Assembly (NCBI GenBank): GCA_964571295.1
Contig: CAZNAO010000001.1
Span: 3,749-67,748 of the forward strand
Source: an uncultured Gammaproteobacteria bacterium
GTDB lineage: Bacteria > Patescibacteriota > Patescibacteriia > Magasanikbacterales > UBA922
Direction: 5' to 3'
Length of the DNA stretch: 64,000 bases
Shown here: piece by piece, positions 36,093-45,282 of the stretch
How the letters are laid out: every line of letters starts with the position of its first letter
How positions within the stretch are numbered: position 1 is the stretch's first letter
Notes under the pieces: model-generated
The model's input: only the letters and a program-made list of their open reading frames with translations
Database searches by the model: none
Told to the model about the DNA's origin: nothing
Program-made: the position numbers and the translations under genes

Positions 36093-37193
36093 CTAATTGT
36101 CAAGCTGCGGCTTATCGAGAACCTCCGGCGCGACGCTCTTTTCGGTCGTACCGGTAATCCGGACCACATCTTTATCGATTTTTCCGAGTTCTTTATAGGC
36201 CGTATTGAAATGATTCACGGTCGTCGACATGCTTGCGCCGAGCTTCTTCATATATTCCTCATATGCCTGGATATGCTTGCCGAGCATCTCCACATTCTTC
36301 TTGATCACCTTGGCGCCTTCTTCGATCTTCAGAGCCCGGAGACCCTGCAACACGGTCTGCAGATATGCGGCGAACGTAGTTGGTGACACGATGATCACTT
36401 TCCGTTCGTTGAATGCATAGTCGATCAGATTGCGCGTATTTACTTTCACAGCACCCACTTCATTAATCAGAAGATCGTAATAAATTGCTTCAGAAGGAAT
36501 AAACATGAACGCGAATTCGAGCGTACCCGCATTCGGTTTGATATATTTGCTCGTCTCATCAATTCGTTTCTTCAAATCGTTCTTGAACTCTTTCTCAAGC
36601 ACATCACGGTTCGGTCCTTCTGGTTCATGGATCAGTCGCTCATAGTTATCAAGAGAAAATTTGGCGTCGACCGGAATCAGTCCGTCCTTGGTAAATATGG
36701 CGGCGTCAACCGTATCCCCGTCTTCGAATTGATATTGCAATTTGAACGCGGTCGGCGGAAGCATATTCTCAAGAACCAGATTCAATCCTGCTTCACCCAG
36801 ATTCCCACGCTGCTTCTGATGCTTCAATACTTTTTCGAGATTACTCAATTGTGCTGAGAACCCGATCACTTGCTGATTGGTCTTGTCGAGGGTTGTCAGC
36901 TTTTCGGTAATATCTGTAATGATCTTTGAACTCTGTGCAAATTGCGTCTGAATCGTCTGGTGCAGATGCTGCTGCCCGTCGCCGACGATTTTATAGGTTT
37001 CGGAAATTTTTACATCGATCGTTTTTTGGAGATCCTGCAGCTGTTGCTGGAACATGAGAAAAATTGCTTTTTCTTCTTCGGGATTTTCCTTCTTTGCTTG
37101 CGCAGCATCATTCATTTTTTTATACAGCATAAGTAGGGCACCAAACATTGCGATAAGTAGCACGGCAAATAACATCAACAATCCTGTTTGCAT
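36093..37193 (-). CDS. rmuC: DNA recombination protein RmuC
   Basis: N-terminal TM segment and coiled coil, then the conserved KQRGNLGEAGLNLVLE motif of RmuC. Confidence 0.8.
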   Translation of the reverse strand: MQTGLLMLFAVLLIAMFGALLMLYKKMNDAAQAKKENPEEEKAIFLMFQQQLQDLQKTIDVKISETYKIVGDGQQHLHQTIQTQFAQSSKIITDITEKLTTLDKTNQQVIGFSAQLSNLEKVLKHQKQRGNLGEAGLNLVLENMLPPTAFKLQYQFEDGDTVDAAIFTKDGLIPVDAKFSLDNYERLIHEPEGPNRDVLEKEFKNDLKKRIDETSKYIKPNAGTLEFAFMFIPSEAIYYDLLINEVGAVKVNTRNLIDYAFNERKVIIVSPTTFAAYLQTVLQGLRALKIEEGAKVIKKNVEMLGKHIQAYEEYMKKLGASMSTTVNHFNTAYKELGKIDKDVVRITGTTEKSVAPEVLDKPQLDN

Positions 37194-37204
37194 AGGTACA
37201 TGTA

Positions 37205-37333
37205 TTAATCTTCGTTGGTGAATTCAGTATTCTTTTTTTCTTTGCCTTTTCCGAACCGGCCAAACAAAAAAGCTACCGCAGCCCCGCCCGCAACCCCCAC
37301 AATGGCAATAAGTATTGATAACATGATATCCAT
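37205..37333 (-). CDS. unannotated small membrane protein (42 aa; alternative start at 37345)
   Basis: Hand translation of the minus strand gives MDIMLSILIAIVGVAGGAAVAFLFGRFGKGKEKKNTEFTNED: one TM helix plus a charged tail. It is below the ORF-track size cut-off. Confidence 0.35.
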   Translation of the reverse strand: MDIMLSILIAIVGVAGGAAVAFLFGRFGKGKEKKNTEFTNED

Positions 37334-37520
37334 AGTATTTTCCATAGTATCACAAATTCTTCATTATGTCATTCCCGCGCATGCGGGAATCCAGATAGAA
37401 TTTAAAACAAAAAGACACCACAGCTGTGATGTACTCTTGATTTGGGCGGAGTTGTTAGGCGACAACTCCGCGATGATGTTCTGTTTTACTTCCCTGCCAA
37501 GGAGAAGGAGCATAAATTGC

Positions 37521-38000
37521 TCAGATGTAGATGATCTTCCGCTTGCTACCGTTCACCCAGTACAGTAGCGGTCGTTCCTTATCACTGGGAATCTCCCAGC
37601 GCCCGACGAATTCGGGCGGAAGCGGTACCGTCGCCGCATAGTCCGACAAGAAACGAACTTTCGCATCTTCGTGCCCGACGCGGAATGCAACGAGCTCACC
37701 GCCTCGAAACGTCTTTCCGAGGAGTGCGAGGCGCTGTCCGGTATAGACATCGAAGGCGATACGCACCTCACCCTGGTAGATCTCCGGGATCTGCATGCAG
37801 ACCCAGGTCTTCCATGATCCACGCCGATGCTTTCCGGCACGGACGTTTTTGTTTCCCTCGTACCACAGCGCGTTTGAGACACCACGGAACCGAGGGTCCG
37901 GTCGACGGATGAAGCACCACCCGCTCGTAAAGAGACGCATGAGCGCCTGCACGAACAGAGTCGAGAGCACCCACTGAAAGAATCGATTCTTCGTCATCAT
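37521..38000 (-). CDS. hypothetical protein (high-GC island)
   Basis: ATG-ATG start preceded by AAAGGAGA. The protein is Trp/Arg-rich; no family recognised. Together with the next gene it forms a G+C-rich block at 37500-38720. Confidence 0.5.
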   Translation of the reverse strand: MMTKNRFFQWVLSTLFVQALMRLFTSGWCFIRRPDPRFRGVSNALWYEGNKNVRAGKHRRGSWKTWVCMQIPEIYQGEVRIAFDVYTGQRLALLGKTFRGGELVAFRVGHEDAKVRFLSDYAATVPLPPEFVGRWEIPSDKERPLLYWVNGSKRKIIYI

Positions 38001-38042
38001 TTCTCCTTTTATCTAGAGCACCTCATGAAGGTTGCTGCGGTT

Positions 38043-38642
38043 TCAGTCTCGATGTGAGATTCTCGCCAGAGCACGATCGTCTCTCCTGTCCATTGAAGTG
38101 CGCCACCGCCGATACTTCGACGAGAGCGCAATCGCGAGGAGTAGAAAGACAATCCAGAGTGCGAGCATGATCAGATGTCCTTTCAATGCTCCGGCCCACC
38201 AAGCAAGAGCGATTGAGAGTACCCAGCCGATGGTGTAATCGAGCGGCACGCGACCGATCCACTTGACCGTCTGGTGCCACCAGATGTTCTCCTTCCGGAA
38301 CCTACCCACTCCGTACGCCGGATTGAGCACGAACCAGAGGAAGTCCCACACTGGACACCACGCGAAGTACATCGCGAGCGTCCTGAGTTCGGCTTCGAGC
38401 GACCACTCGACCATGCCCGCGAACGGGAGATGAAAAAGTGTGGGCACGAAGACAAACATGAGCGCGTGGTAGCCAGTCAGCGGTCGGCCACCCATGAGCA
38501 TACCGTAAAACTTTGCCGAGAAGCCACGGGTACGATACCACGTGGGCAATTTCTCCGCCCAGCCGTACCGACCCTCGACCTCGATTTCGATCATAGCGAT
38601 CAAAACCGCCAGAATGAAATAAAACACTGCGGTCCCGAACAT
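38043..38642 (-). CDS. hypothetical polytopic membrane protein (high-GC island)
   Basis: Start taken at ATG 38642 (MFGTAVFYFILAVLIAMIEIEV...) with SD AAGGAGGG 5 nt upstream. Five to six hydrophobic segments. Confidence 0.55.
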   Translation of the reverse strand: MFGTAVFYFILAVLIAMIEIEVEGRYGWAEKLPTWYRTRGFSAKFYGMLMGGRPLTGYHALMFVFVPTLFHLPFAGMVEWSLEAELRTLAMYFAWCPVWDFLWFVLNPAYGVGRFRKENIWWHQTVKWIGRVPLDYTIGWVLSIALAWWAGALKGHLIMLALWIVFLLLAIALSSKYRRWRTSMDRRDDRALARISHRD

Positions 38643-38736
38643 ACACCCTCCTTGATTGGGACCACATACTATACCACAATATACAGAAAAAGTCAATCCA
38701 CCCTTCGGCATCTGTCTATCCTGACTTAATCATGTT

Positions 38737-38808
38737 GTAAATTTAAATTTACTATGTTATACTCTATTTATGCTTAAAAAATATCTATTGTAAATATAAA
38801 TTTACAAT
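38737..38808. promoter_or_regulatory. two palindromic operator-like sites upstream of the TrmB-like regulator gene
   Basis: GTAAATTTAAATTTAC (38737-38752, a perfect 16-bp palindrome) and ATTGTAAAT-ATAA-ATTTACAAT (38787-38808), ending 2 nt before the ATG. Confidence 0.5.
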
Positions 38809-38809
38809 T

Positions 38810-39556
38810 ATGGTTGAAGTGAGTGAACTCAAAGCGCTCGGGCTCAGTGAAACTGAAGCGAAGACCTATCTCGCACTTCTTGAACTCGGTTCTGGATCTG
38901 TTGCTTCGATTACCCACCGCGCCGAGATCACTCGCACCCTTGGGTATCACTCACTTGATCGGCTGATCGAACTAGGGCTCGTTGGGCAAAAAAGTAATAC
39001 ACATCCTGCAGAGTTTCACGTGAAACATCCGAAAAAAATATTTGATTACCTTGAAAAAGAGAAAACAACCTGGATAACGCGTATTGAGTACGCTAGAAAT
39101 CTCTTGCCAAAACTTGAGTCCTCATATACAATGCTCCAGCACCCTTTTCTTTCACAACACATTGGAAAAGACCGGGTTTTGGAATTGTATAGAACATTGT
39201 ATACAAATAATACTTCACTGATTTCTCTCTTTAACCCGACCTTCAGTGACCCCGAGCTCCTTGGTGAGCTTTCTGAAATCAAAACAATCGGGTACAAAGA
39301 TACACACTTCTGCTGCGTCTTTGACACGCCAGAAGCCCGACAAGCAGTTTCTACTATTCAAAATCAGATGCTTTTCCATTGGATAAACACTTCAAATGTA
39401 CACATAGATGTATACAAAAGTATTGAAACGATAGTTGCAAACGACACGCTCTACACACTTAGTACCAAAAACGGTGAGTTATACATGGATTGCATTACTC
39501 ATGAAGCTACGGTAAGCGGAATGTACAGACTATTGTATACATTAATACATATATAA
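38810..39556 (+). CDS. TrmB-family transcriptional regulator
   Basis: N-terminal LGLSETEAKTYLALLELGSGSVASI is the TrmB winged-helix signature. Followed by a terminator hairpin, CCTGTTTC-atgt-GAAACAGG, at 39559-39578. Confidence 0.75.
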   Translation: MVEVSELKALGLSETEAKTYLALLELGSGSVASITHRAEITRTLGYHSLDRLIELGLVGQKSNTHPAEFHVKHPKKIFDYLEKEKTTWITRIEYARNLLPKLESSYTMLQHPFLSQHIGKDRVLELYRTLYTNNTSLISLFNPTFSDPELLGELSEIKTIGYKDTHFCCVFDTPEARQAVSTIQNQMLFHWINTSNVHIDVYKSIETIVANDTLYTLSTKNGELYMDCITHEATVSGMYRLLYTLIHI

Positions 39557-39597
39557 AACCTGTTTCATGTGAAACAGGGTGAAAAAACTTTTATTGA

Positions 39598-39669
39598 GTC
39601 CCCGTAGTTCAATGGATAGAATAGGACACTCCTAACGTCCTGATACAGGTTCGATTCCTGTCGGGGATA
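39598..39669 (+). tRNA. tRNA-Arg (anticodon CCT)
   Basis: Acceptor GTCCCCG/CGGGGAT (G1-U72 wobble), D-arm as in the first tRNA-Arg, anticodon stem GGACA/CGTCC (A31-C39 mismatch) with loop CTCCTAA, T-arm ACAGG-TTCGATT-CCTGT, discriminator A. Followed by a terminator hairpin at 39708-39731. Confidence 0.75.
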
Positions 39670-40170
39670 CATAGTAGGGCACTGGTTGGATAATTAACAG
39701 ACTTAAAAATCCCTTACTAAGGGATTTTATTTGTACTTAATGCACTTGGTTTATTAGTGATTCCTACCTTTAACCAAGGCATGCACACGTAAATAAATAT
39801 TGTACGACGCTTATTTTTATTTTAAACTAGCAAATTTTATAACATAGGGGGAGTTTGATCTCCCCCGTTGCCCTAGTCTACCCTTCCTTGCACCCGTTCC
39901 TGGGCTTCCTTCTCCTCACAGGGTTTGCACACCTCCACTTCGCGATCTTCGAGTGGTCGCTTCTCATGAAGCGTACTCGCCCTGCATTCAGGACACCACT
40001 TCCATGTTCCTTTGCCGTGCACCATGTCACACTCTCCTTGTCACCCGACCCCTTTCGGGCATTGTTTCGGGTATAGAGTATCATTTTTACTGGGCCCAAA
40101 CAATCTTTCCACCCAGACATTGATTTTATCTGGTTTTTCTGATACACTCTGCTACACATTATTGCGTACT

Positions 40171-41244
40171 ATGCTCTCAATCGGAATTGTCGGACTCCCT
40201 AATGTCGGGAAATCGACCCTTTTCAATGCGCTGACCAAAAGCAAGCAAGCAGAGGCTGCGAATTATCCCTTCTGCACCATCGAACCCAATGTCGGTGTCG
40301 TTGAGGTACCTGATCCGCGTCTCGCTCCGCTATCTACCACCTCAAAGTCACAAAAGATCATCCCGGCTGCAATCCAATTTGTGGATATTGCCGGTATTGT
40401 CAAAGGAGCGTCAGAAGGAGAAGGATTGGGAAATAAATTTCTCACTCATATCCGTGAAGCTGATGCGATCGTACAAGTTGTCCGCGCATTTGAAGACGGC
40501 AATATTATTCATGTGGCAGGGCGTGTGGATCCCAAAGACGATAGTGATGTAATCAATCTCGAACTTGCACTGGCCGATCTTGCGACTGTCTCAAAACGAT
40601 TGGAAAAAACCAAACGGGATGCAAAAGGAGCTGCTGCCAAAGGAAAAGAAATTGAGATTTCAGTACTTGAACGATTGAACAGTCAGCTAAGTTCCGGAAA
40701 AGCAACTCGCGAGCTCGAATTCAATGACGAGGAAAAACTGATTGTACGCGATTTGCACCTACTCACCATGAAACCGATGATGTACGTAGTAAACGTAGCA
40801 GAATCATTGATAGGAAAAACTGATTTCACTCCTATCTTTGGATCAATTCCTTATGTAGAAATCAGTGCAAAAATCGAAGCGGAAATTGCGGAACTTTCTC
40901 CTGAAGACGCCAAGATGTTTATGGAAGATTTGGGAATAACAGAAACTGGACTCGATCGATTGATTGTTGCTGGTTACAAATTGCTCAACCTTATCACCTA
41001 CTTTACTTCAGGTGAACAAGAAACCCGAGCATGGACCGTAACCAAAGGCACCCTCGGTCCAGAAGCCGCAGGAGTCATTCACACTGATTTTATCAAAGGA
41101 TATATCAAGGCTGATGTGGCGAGCGTCGCCGACTTCGTCGAACTTGGCGGCTGGCCTGGAGTCAAGGAAAAAGGAAAGATGCAATTGGTCGGAAAAGACT
41201 ATGAAGTGAAGGATGGCGACGTATGTTATTTTCATATTGCATAA
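40171..41244 (+). CDS. ychF: ribosome-binding ATPase YchF (Obg-family GTPase)
   Basis: ATG at 40171 gives [23 protein letters not shown]...[14 protein letters not shown]...[20 protein letters not shown]..., the YchF/Ola1 signature. The track ORF is extended upstream through non-coding sequence. Confidence 0.9.
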   Translation: MLSIGIVGLPNVGKSTLFNALTKSKQAEAANYPFCTIEPNVGVVEVPDPRLAPLSTTSKSQKIIPAAIQFVDIAGIVKGASEGEGLGNKFLTHIREADAIVQVVRAFEDGNIIHVAGRVDPKDDSDVINLELALADLATVSKRLEKTKRDAKGAAAKGKEIEISVLERLNSQLSSGKATRELEFNDEEKLIVRDLHLLTMKPMMYVVNVAESLIGKTDFTPIFGSIPYVEISAKIEAEIAELSPEDAKMFMEDLGITETGLDRLIVAGYKLLNLITYFTSGEQETRAWTVTKGTLGPEAAGVIHTDFIKGYIKADVASVADFVELGGWPGVKEKGKMQLVGKDYEVKDGDVCYFHIA

Positions 41245-41525
41245 CTTCCTCCGTGATTCCCGCACCTGCTTACGCGAGTGCAGACTCCAACGGGAATCTG
41301 AAGTTGTAGATAAAAAAATCCCCGCCCCCCGATCATGTCGAGAACAAATTTCACGGGGATGACGAAATAAAAATCCGCCTTATGGCGGTTTTATGTTACC
41401 TTTCGCTCTCTTTACACTACACTTTCAGAGCTCATCAGTACCGATTATATCGGCAGAGGTACGCCGTTGTTGAGAGGTACGGCTAACCTCTCTCCATTTT
41501 ACGAAACGGAGACAAAACTTCACTT

Positions 41526-41876
41526 TCAGCCCACCTGCTCCTGCGCCTCCTTGATGACCTTGTCCAGGTTCAGCTGATCTTGATACTGCCGCGCAACCTC
41601 TCTGAGGAGGTCAGGCAGCTGGTCGAGCATGAGGACGAGATCCCGGATATCTTCCTCCGAGAGCGGCTTCACCGAGCGATGAATACCGCGCCCCTCGGAA
41701 TACTTCACGTATCCCGCTTCTTCGCTCCCGACCTGGACCTCCCAGGCTAGACCAGGGCACTTGTCCCTGATCGTCTCAGAGAGATGCGCGATCTTCTCGA
41801 CCAAGTATGCTTTTTTGTCTTTCTTTCCTTCCACGCCCATTCTCCTTCGCGGTTCATAATCCGCGTTGTCATGCAC
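41526..41876 (-). CDS. hypothetical protein (high-GC island)
   Basis: Acidic, helical 116-aa product. G+C is higher than in the flanks. No family recognised. Confidence 0.4.
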   Translation of the reverse strand: MHDNADYEPRRRMGVEGKKDKKAYLVEKIAHLSETIRDKCPGLAWEVQVGSEEAGYVKYSEGRGIHRSVKPLSEEDIRDLVLMLDQLPDLLREVARQYQDQLNLDKVIKEAQEQVG

Positions 41877-41976
41877 ACCAGTGTATATACTATGGATACT
41901 AATAGCCGCACTGGCATGTATGACAAAATAACTTGTTCAAAAGAACAAGTTATTTAATACTATTTTCCTCTTCCTG

Positions 41977-42237
41977 TCAAGGCATGTCTATTCCGCCTTT
42001 TGACCACGGATTACACCGCATTATCCGCCATATCATCTTCGGAACACCGCGGATCACCCCGTATTTTTCAACTACCTGATACCCATATTCACTACATGTG
42101 GGATGAAATCTGCAATATCCGTATGGAAATTTCGCTTTCAGGGGACCATGATCCGGCGACACGGTTTTTTGATATACCCGGATAATAAAGAGTATTGTTT
42201 TCTTGGGAATAGAAACAAGAAGGCGAATAAATTGCAT
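41977..42237 (-). CDS. yidD: membrane protein insertion efficiency factor YidD
   Basis: ...IRVYQKTVSP...CRFHPTCSEYG...HG...RIMRCNPWSKGGID matches the YidD pattern. Confidence 0.85.
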   Translation of the reverse strand: MQFIRLLVSIPKKTILFIIRVYQKTVSPDHGPLKAKFPYGYCRFHPTCSEYGYQVVEKYGVIRGVPKMIWRIMRCNPWSKGGIDMP

Positions 42238-42267
42238 ATTATCGCTTGGTTGAAAGAAAAAATAACA

Positions 42268-42645
42268 TTATACCAATAAGCGTGCTTTTTTGAGTATTGA
42301 TTCAATATCTGCACTAATTGTAGCAAAATCTGCACTGAATAGTTTTGGAGTGGAGAGGAATGCAATAACATGTCCCTCACGAATCCGCCCATCTTTAAGA
42401 AGCAGTCGTACCACTTCACGCATCTGCCGCTTCACCCGATTGCGCCCTACGGCCTTCTTTTCATGTTTTACGCTCGCGACAAACCCGATCTTCAGATCAG
42501 TGTCCGTGTACCCTCGTTTGGGATACTTATCAGGATCGATCTTCCAGATTTTTGCATTTACTACTTTGCCTACAATAAAACGCCCTTCGGCAAAGAGGAT
42601 TTCAAAATCTTTCATTCGGGTCAATCTGAATTCATGTGGAAGCAT
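42268..42645 (-). CDS. rnpA: ribonuclease P protein component
   Basis: ATG at 42645 (MLPHEFRLTRMKDFE...). Basic protein with VGRNRVKRQMRE, the RnpA motif. Position downstream of rpmH. Confidence 0.8.
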   Translation of the reverse strand: MLPHEFRLTRMKDFEILFAEGRFIVGKVVNAKIWKIDPDKYPKRGYTDTDLKIGFVASVKHEKKAVGRNRVKRQMREVVRLLLKDGRIREGHVIAFLSTPKLFSADFATISADIESILKKARLLV

Positions 42646-42742
42646 ACATTGCTTGAGGGGACTGATCACGACGGATCAGCCCCCTTTCGTATTGCGTATG
42701 CTCCTCCTTTGCAGCACACGCATTTCATAGTATAAACAACAA

Positions 42743-42766
42743 CCCCGCTCTTAGGGAAGAGCGGGG
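42743..42766. terminator. hairpin (attenuator/terminator) between rpmH and rnpA
   Basis: CCCCGCTCTT-aggg-AAGAGCGGGG, a perfect 10-bp stem. Confidence 0.55.
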
Positions 42767-42773
42767 TTTATTT

Positions 42774-42950
42774 TTATCGGGTTTTTCTGGTTCGCTTTCC
42801 GCGTTTCTCATCGCTTACGGTCAGGCGTTTGCGACCCTTGTTTCGTCGACGCTTCAATACGTCGCGGCCATTTTTGGTTTTCATTTTTTTTCTAAAACCA
42901 TGAGTTTTTGCTCGTTTTCGTTTTTTTGGCTGATATTTGCGCTTAGGCAT
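42774..42950 (-). CDS. rpmH: 50S ribosomal protein L34 with a 14-aa basic C-terminal extension
   Basis: Hand translation: [58 protein letters not shown] (58 aa, below the track cut-off). The first 44 aa match bL34. Confidence 0.8.
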   Translation of the reverse strand: MPKRKYQPKKRKRAKTHGFRKKMKTKNGRDVLKRRRNKGRKRLTVSDEKRGKRTRKTR

Positions 42951-43119
42951 ATAACAAATGCTCCTTTAGAGGTTACTAATATAGATACTATACACTATTT
43001 TATGCGTTTTGTCAAGAAAAAACAGTAATTTTAGTGAATTTGGAAGACCTCGCACCACCAACTTCCTTTCTTTACAAAGGAAGAGTTGATGCGAGATCTT
43101 CAGTGCAGATGTAGCAGGT

Positions 43120-43407
43120 TCAGCCGATGTGGCTGTACCCGTAGCGGTCCTGCGGGTTGCCGTCCTTCAGGTGGAAGTGCAGCACGCCGTGGGAACGCGG
43201 ATCGATCCTGATCGCGTGGTGCGGGATGATCATCTCACCCTCGACCTTACCGAAGACCATCTGCTTGGTCCTCGACTTGTTGAAGACAGTGCACTTGCCG
43301 CTCGCGTCGACACGGCACTCGATCTGCCCACTCACGTGAACGACCTGCTTGGTACGCTTGCTGCCCCCCCGACGAGGTGGGAACTTGATCTTCTGCGGTT
43401 GCGTCAT
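43120..43407 (-). CDS. hypothetical protein (high-GC island; strand uncertain)
   Basis: G+C-rich block at 43100-43500 with overlapping ORFs on both strands (43120..43407 minus, 43129..43497 plus). No family recognised. Confidence 0.25.
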   Translation of the reverse strand: MTQPQKIKFPPRRGGSKRTKQVVHVSGQIECRVDASGKCTVFNKSRTKQMVFGKVEGEMIIPHHAIRIDPRSHGVLHFHLKDGNPQDRYGYSHIG

Positions 43408-43539
43408 GACGGTTTTCCTCGCTATTCTGCAGTGCGCATCTATGGAACCACCCGGCTCACACAGAGGTGCACACTAGTAAACATGAAAATCGCCTAGTTG
43501 TCAATAATACTTGTTTGCAAAGATTCTGTTTTTCCTTTA

Positions 43540-43570
43540 TTATCCACACCATCCACAGGTAATCCACACT
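43540..43570. promoter_or_regulatory. DnaA-box cluster upstream of dnaA
   Basis: TTATCCACA (43540-43548), then ATCCACAG and AATCCACAC in tandem, in an AT-rich context. Confidence 0.6.
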
Positions 43571-43647
43571 CTGTACACTTCTTACCTGCCCTCATGAATA
43601 TTTACCATATTCAAACTGTGTTACAATGTACCCCATAACCGAACTCT

Positions 43648-45036
43648 ATGACCAACTACGAGATTTGGCAGGCAGTGCTTGCCGAATTTGAACTCACTCT
43701 CTCGAAAGCGAATTTCACCACCTGGTTCAAAAATACCGGTATTGCTAACTATGAGAATGGGAATGTTGTAGTCTGTGTCCCCAATGCATTCACCAAAAGC
43801 TGGCTGGAAAAGAAATATCACGCCACCATTGTCAAAATACTTGAACGCGTCACTGGTAAACCGGTCAAAAAAATCGATTATACGGTCGACAATGTACGCA
43901 ATATCAAAGAGCAGGAGTGTACTCCTCTTTCGGTCGAAGCTCCTAAAGCTCCGATTATTCATGCCCCAATCACCCCGTTACCCAAGAAAGCCTTGTTGGT
44001 GCAACAATTCGGACTCAACCCCAAATACGTATTTGAAACCTTTGTCGTCGGAAAAGGAAACGAGCTTGCTCACGCCGCGGCACAAGCTGTCGCCTCACGT
44101 CCGGGAGATGCGTATAATCCTTTGTTTATCTACGGAGGAGTCGGACTGGGCAAAACCCACCTGATCCAGGCTATCGGGCACACCATGCTTGTCGCAAATC
44201 CCAATGTAAAGATTCTCTACGTAAGTTCTGAGAAATTCACCAATGAATTTGTCGCTTCGGTCAAAGAAGGACGTGCAAAAGAATTCAAAGACCGCTACCG
44301 CAATGTCGATCTTCTTCTGATTGACGATATCCAGTTTATCGGCGGGAAAGAACAAACCCAGGAAGAATTTTTCCACACGTTTAATGAGCTCCACCAGCAA
44401 GGTAAGCAAGTGGTCATGACGAGCGACCGGCCACCCAAAGCTATTCCAGCTCTTGAGGACCGTCTTCGCAGCCGCTTTGAATGGGGGATGATTGCGGATA
44501 TCTCGGCCCCTGACCTTGAAACCCGAATGGCGATCATCCAGAAGAAAGCTCAGGAACGCCAATTTCCAATCCCTCCTGATATCCAAACGCTCATCGCAAC
44601 GAATGTACAGAGTAATATCCGTGAACTTGAGGGCGCTCTTAATAAGATTATCGCATTCCATGAACTCAAAAATACGGTTCCGACTGATGAATCCATCCGT
44701 CACATTCTCTCTAGCTTCCAGGAACAGAACATGCGTCGCTCGCTTACCCCGAAGAACCTGATTGAGGAAGTAATTAAGTTTTACGATCTCAAATTGGAAG
44801 ATATTGTGGGGAAAAGCCGGGAAAAACGCTTTGCTTTCCCGCGACAAGTCATCATGTATCTCATGAGAGAGGAATTGAAACTGTCTTACCCGAGCATTGG
44901 TGAGGAACTTGGCGGACGGGACCATACCACTGCCATGCATGCACACACCAAAATCACTCTGGAAGTTGATAATGATCTCAAACTTAAGCAGGATCTTGAG
45001 CTTATCAAACAGCGTTTATACACAAATAAAATTTAA
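43648..45036 (+). CDS. dnaA: chromosomal replication initiator protein DnaA
   Basis: N-terminal MTNYEIWQAVLAEFE..., AAA+ Walker A GGVGLGKTHL, and C-terminal DNA-binding helix ...LGGRDHTTAMHAHTKI. Confidence 0.95.
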   Translation: MTNYEIWQAVLAEFELTLSKANFTTWFKNTGIANYENGNVVVCVPNAFTKSWLEKKYHATIVKILERVTGKPVKKIDYTVDNVRNIKEQECTPLSVEAPKAPIIHAPITPLPKKALLVQQFGLNPKYVFETFVVGKGNELAHAAAQAVASRPGDAYNPLFIYGGVGLGKTHLIQAIGHTMLVANPNVKILYVSSEKFTNEFVASVKEGRAKEFKDRYRNVDLLLIDDIQFIGGKEQTQEEFFHTFNELHQQGKQVVMTSDRPPKAIPALEDRLRSRFEWGMIADISAPDLETRMAIIQKKAQERQFPIPPDIQTLIATNVQSNIRELEGALNKIIAFHELKNTVPTDESIRHILSSFQEQNMRRSLTPKNLIEEVIKFYDLKLEDIVGKSREKRFAFPRQVIMYLMREELKLSYPSIGEELGGRDHTTAMHAHTKITLEVDNDLKLKQDLELIKQRLYTNKI

Positions 45037-45282
45037 ATTCTGTGCATAACTGAGGGAAAAATATGCATTTTAACTGGGGACGATGATGTGGGTAAGTAAA
45101 AGTTTTCCACACCCATGGTGGATAGTCCAAAATATACACACGCTTTGTTCAACCTTTGTTCTCCATTTATCCCCACACAAAAATGAAATATTTTGCTAAA
45201 ATAAGCCACTAAATTGAATTATCTACCGTATCCACAGCCTCTATTATTATCTTCTAGATTATATAAATAAAAAGAAAGAAAT
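45037..45282. other. candidate oriC (dnaA-dnaN intergenic region)
   Basis: At least four DnaA-box-like 9-mers (TTTTCCACA 45103, TGGATAGTC-rc 45118, TTATCCCCA 45167, TATCCACAG 45229) plus an AT-rich stretch TATTATTATCTTCTAGATTATATAAATAAAAAG just before dnaN. Confidence 0.6.

Noticed and set aside
37215-37568. Plus-strand ORF 37215..37568 (117 aa)
   Set aside because: It overlaps the small minus-strand membrane ORF and the hairpin, has no RBS, and has odd composition.
39878-40159. SRP RNA, RNase P RNA or tmRNA call for the GC-rich non-coding stretch
   Set aside because: There are partial motif resemblances only (GGAGAAGGAAGCCC; GGGUGA...). I could not build the conserved helices or the tRNA-like end by hand, so it is reported only as a candidate region.
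40012-40170. N-terminal 53 codons of track ORF 40012..41244
   Set aside because: YchF homology begins at the ATG at 40171 ([15 protein letters not shown]). The upstream extension is Cys/Pro-rich read-through of non-coding sequence.
43129-43497. Choice between overlapping ORFs in the 43.1-43.5 kb high-GC block
   Set aside because: Neither strand shows a recognisable family or RBS. Only the compositional anomaly is reported, and the CDS call is kept at low confidence.
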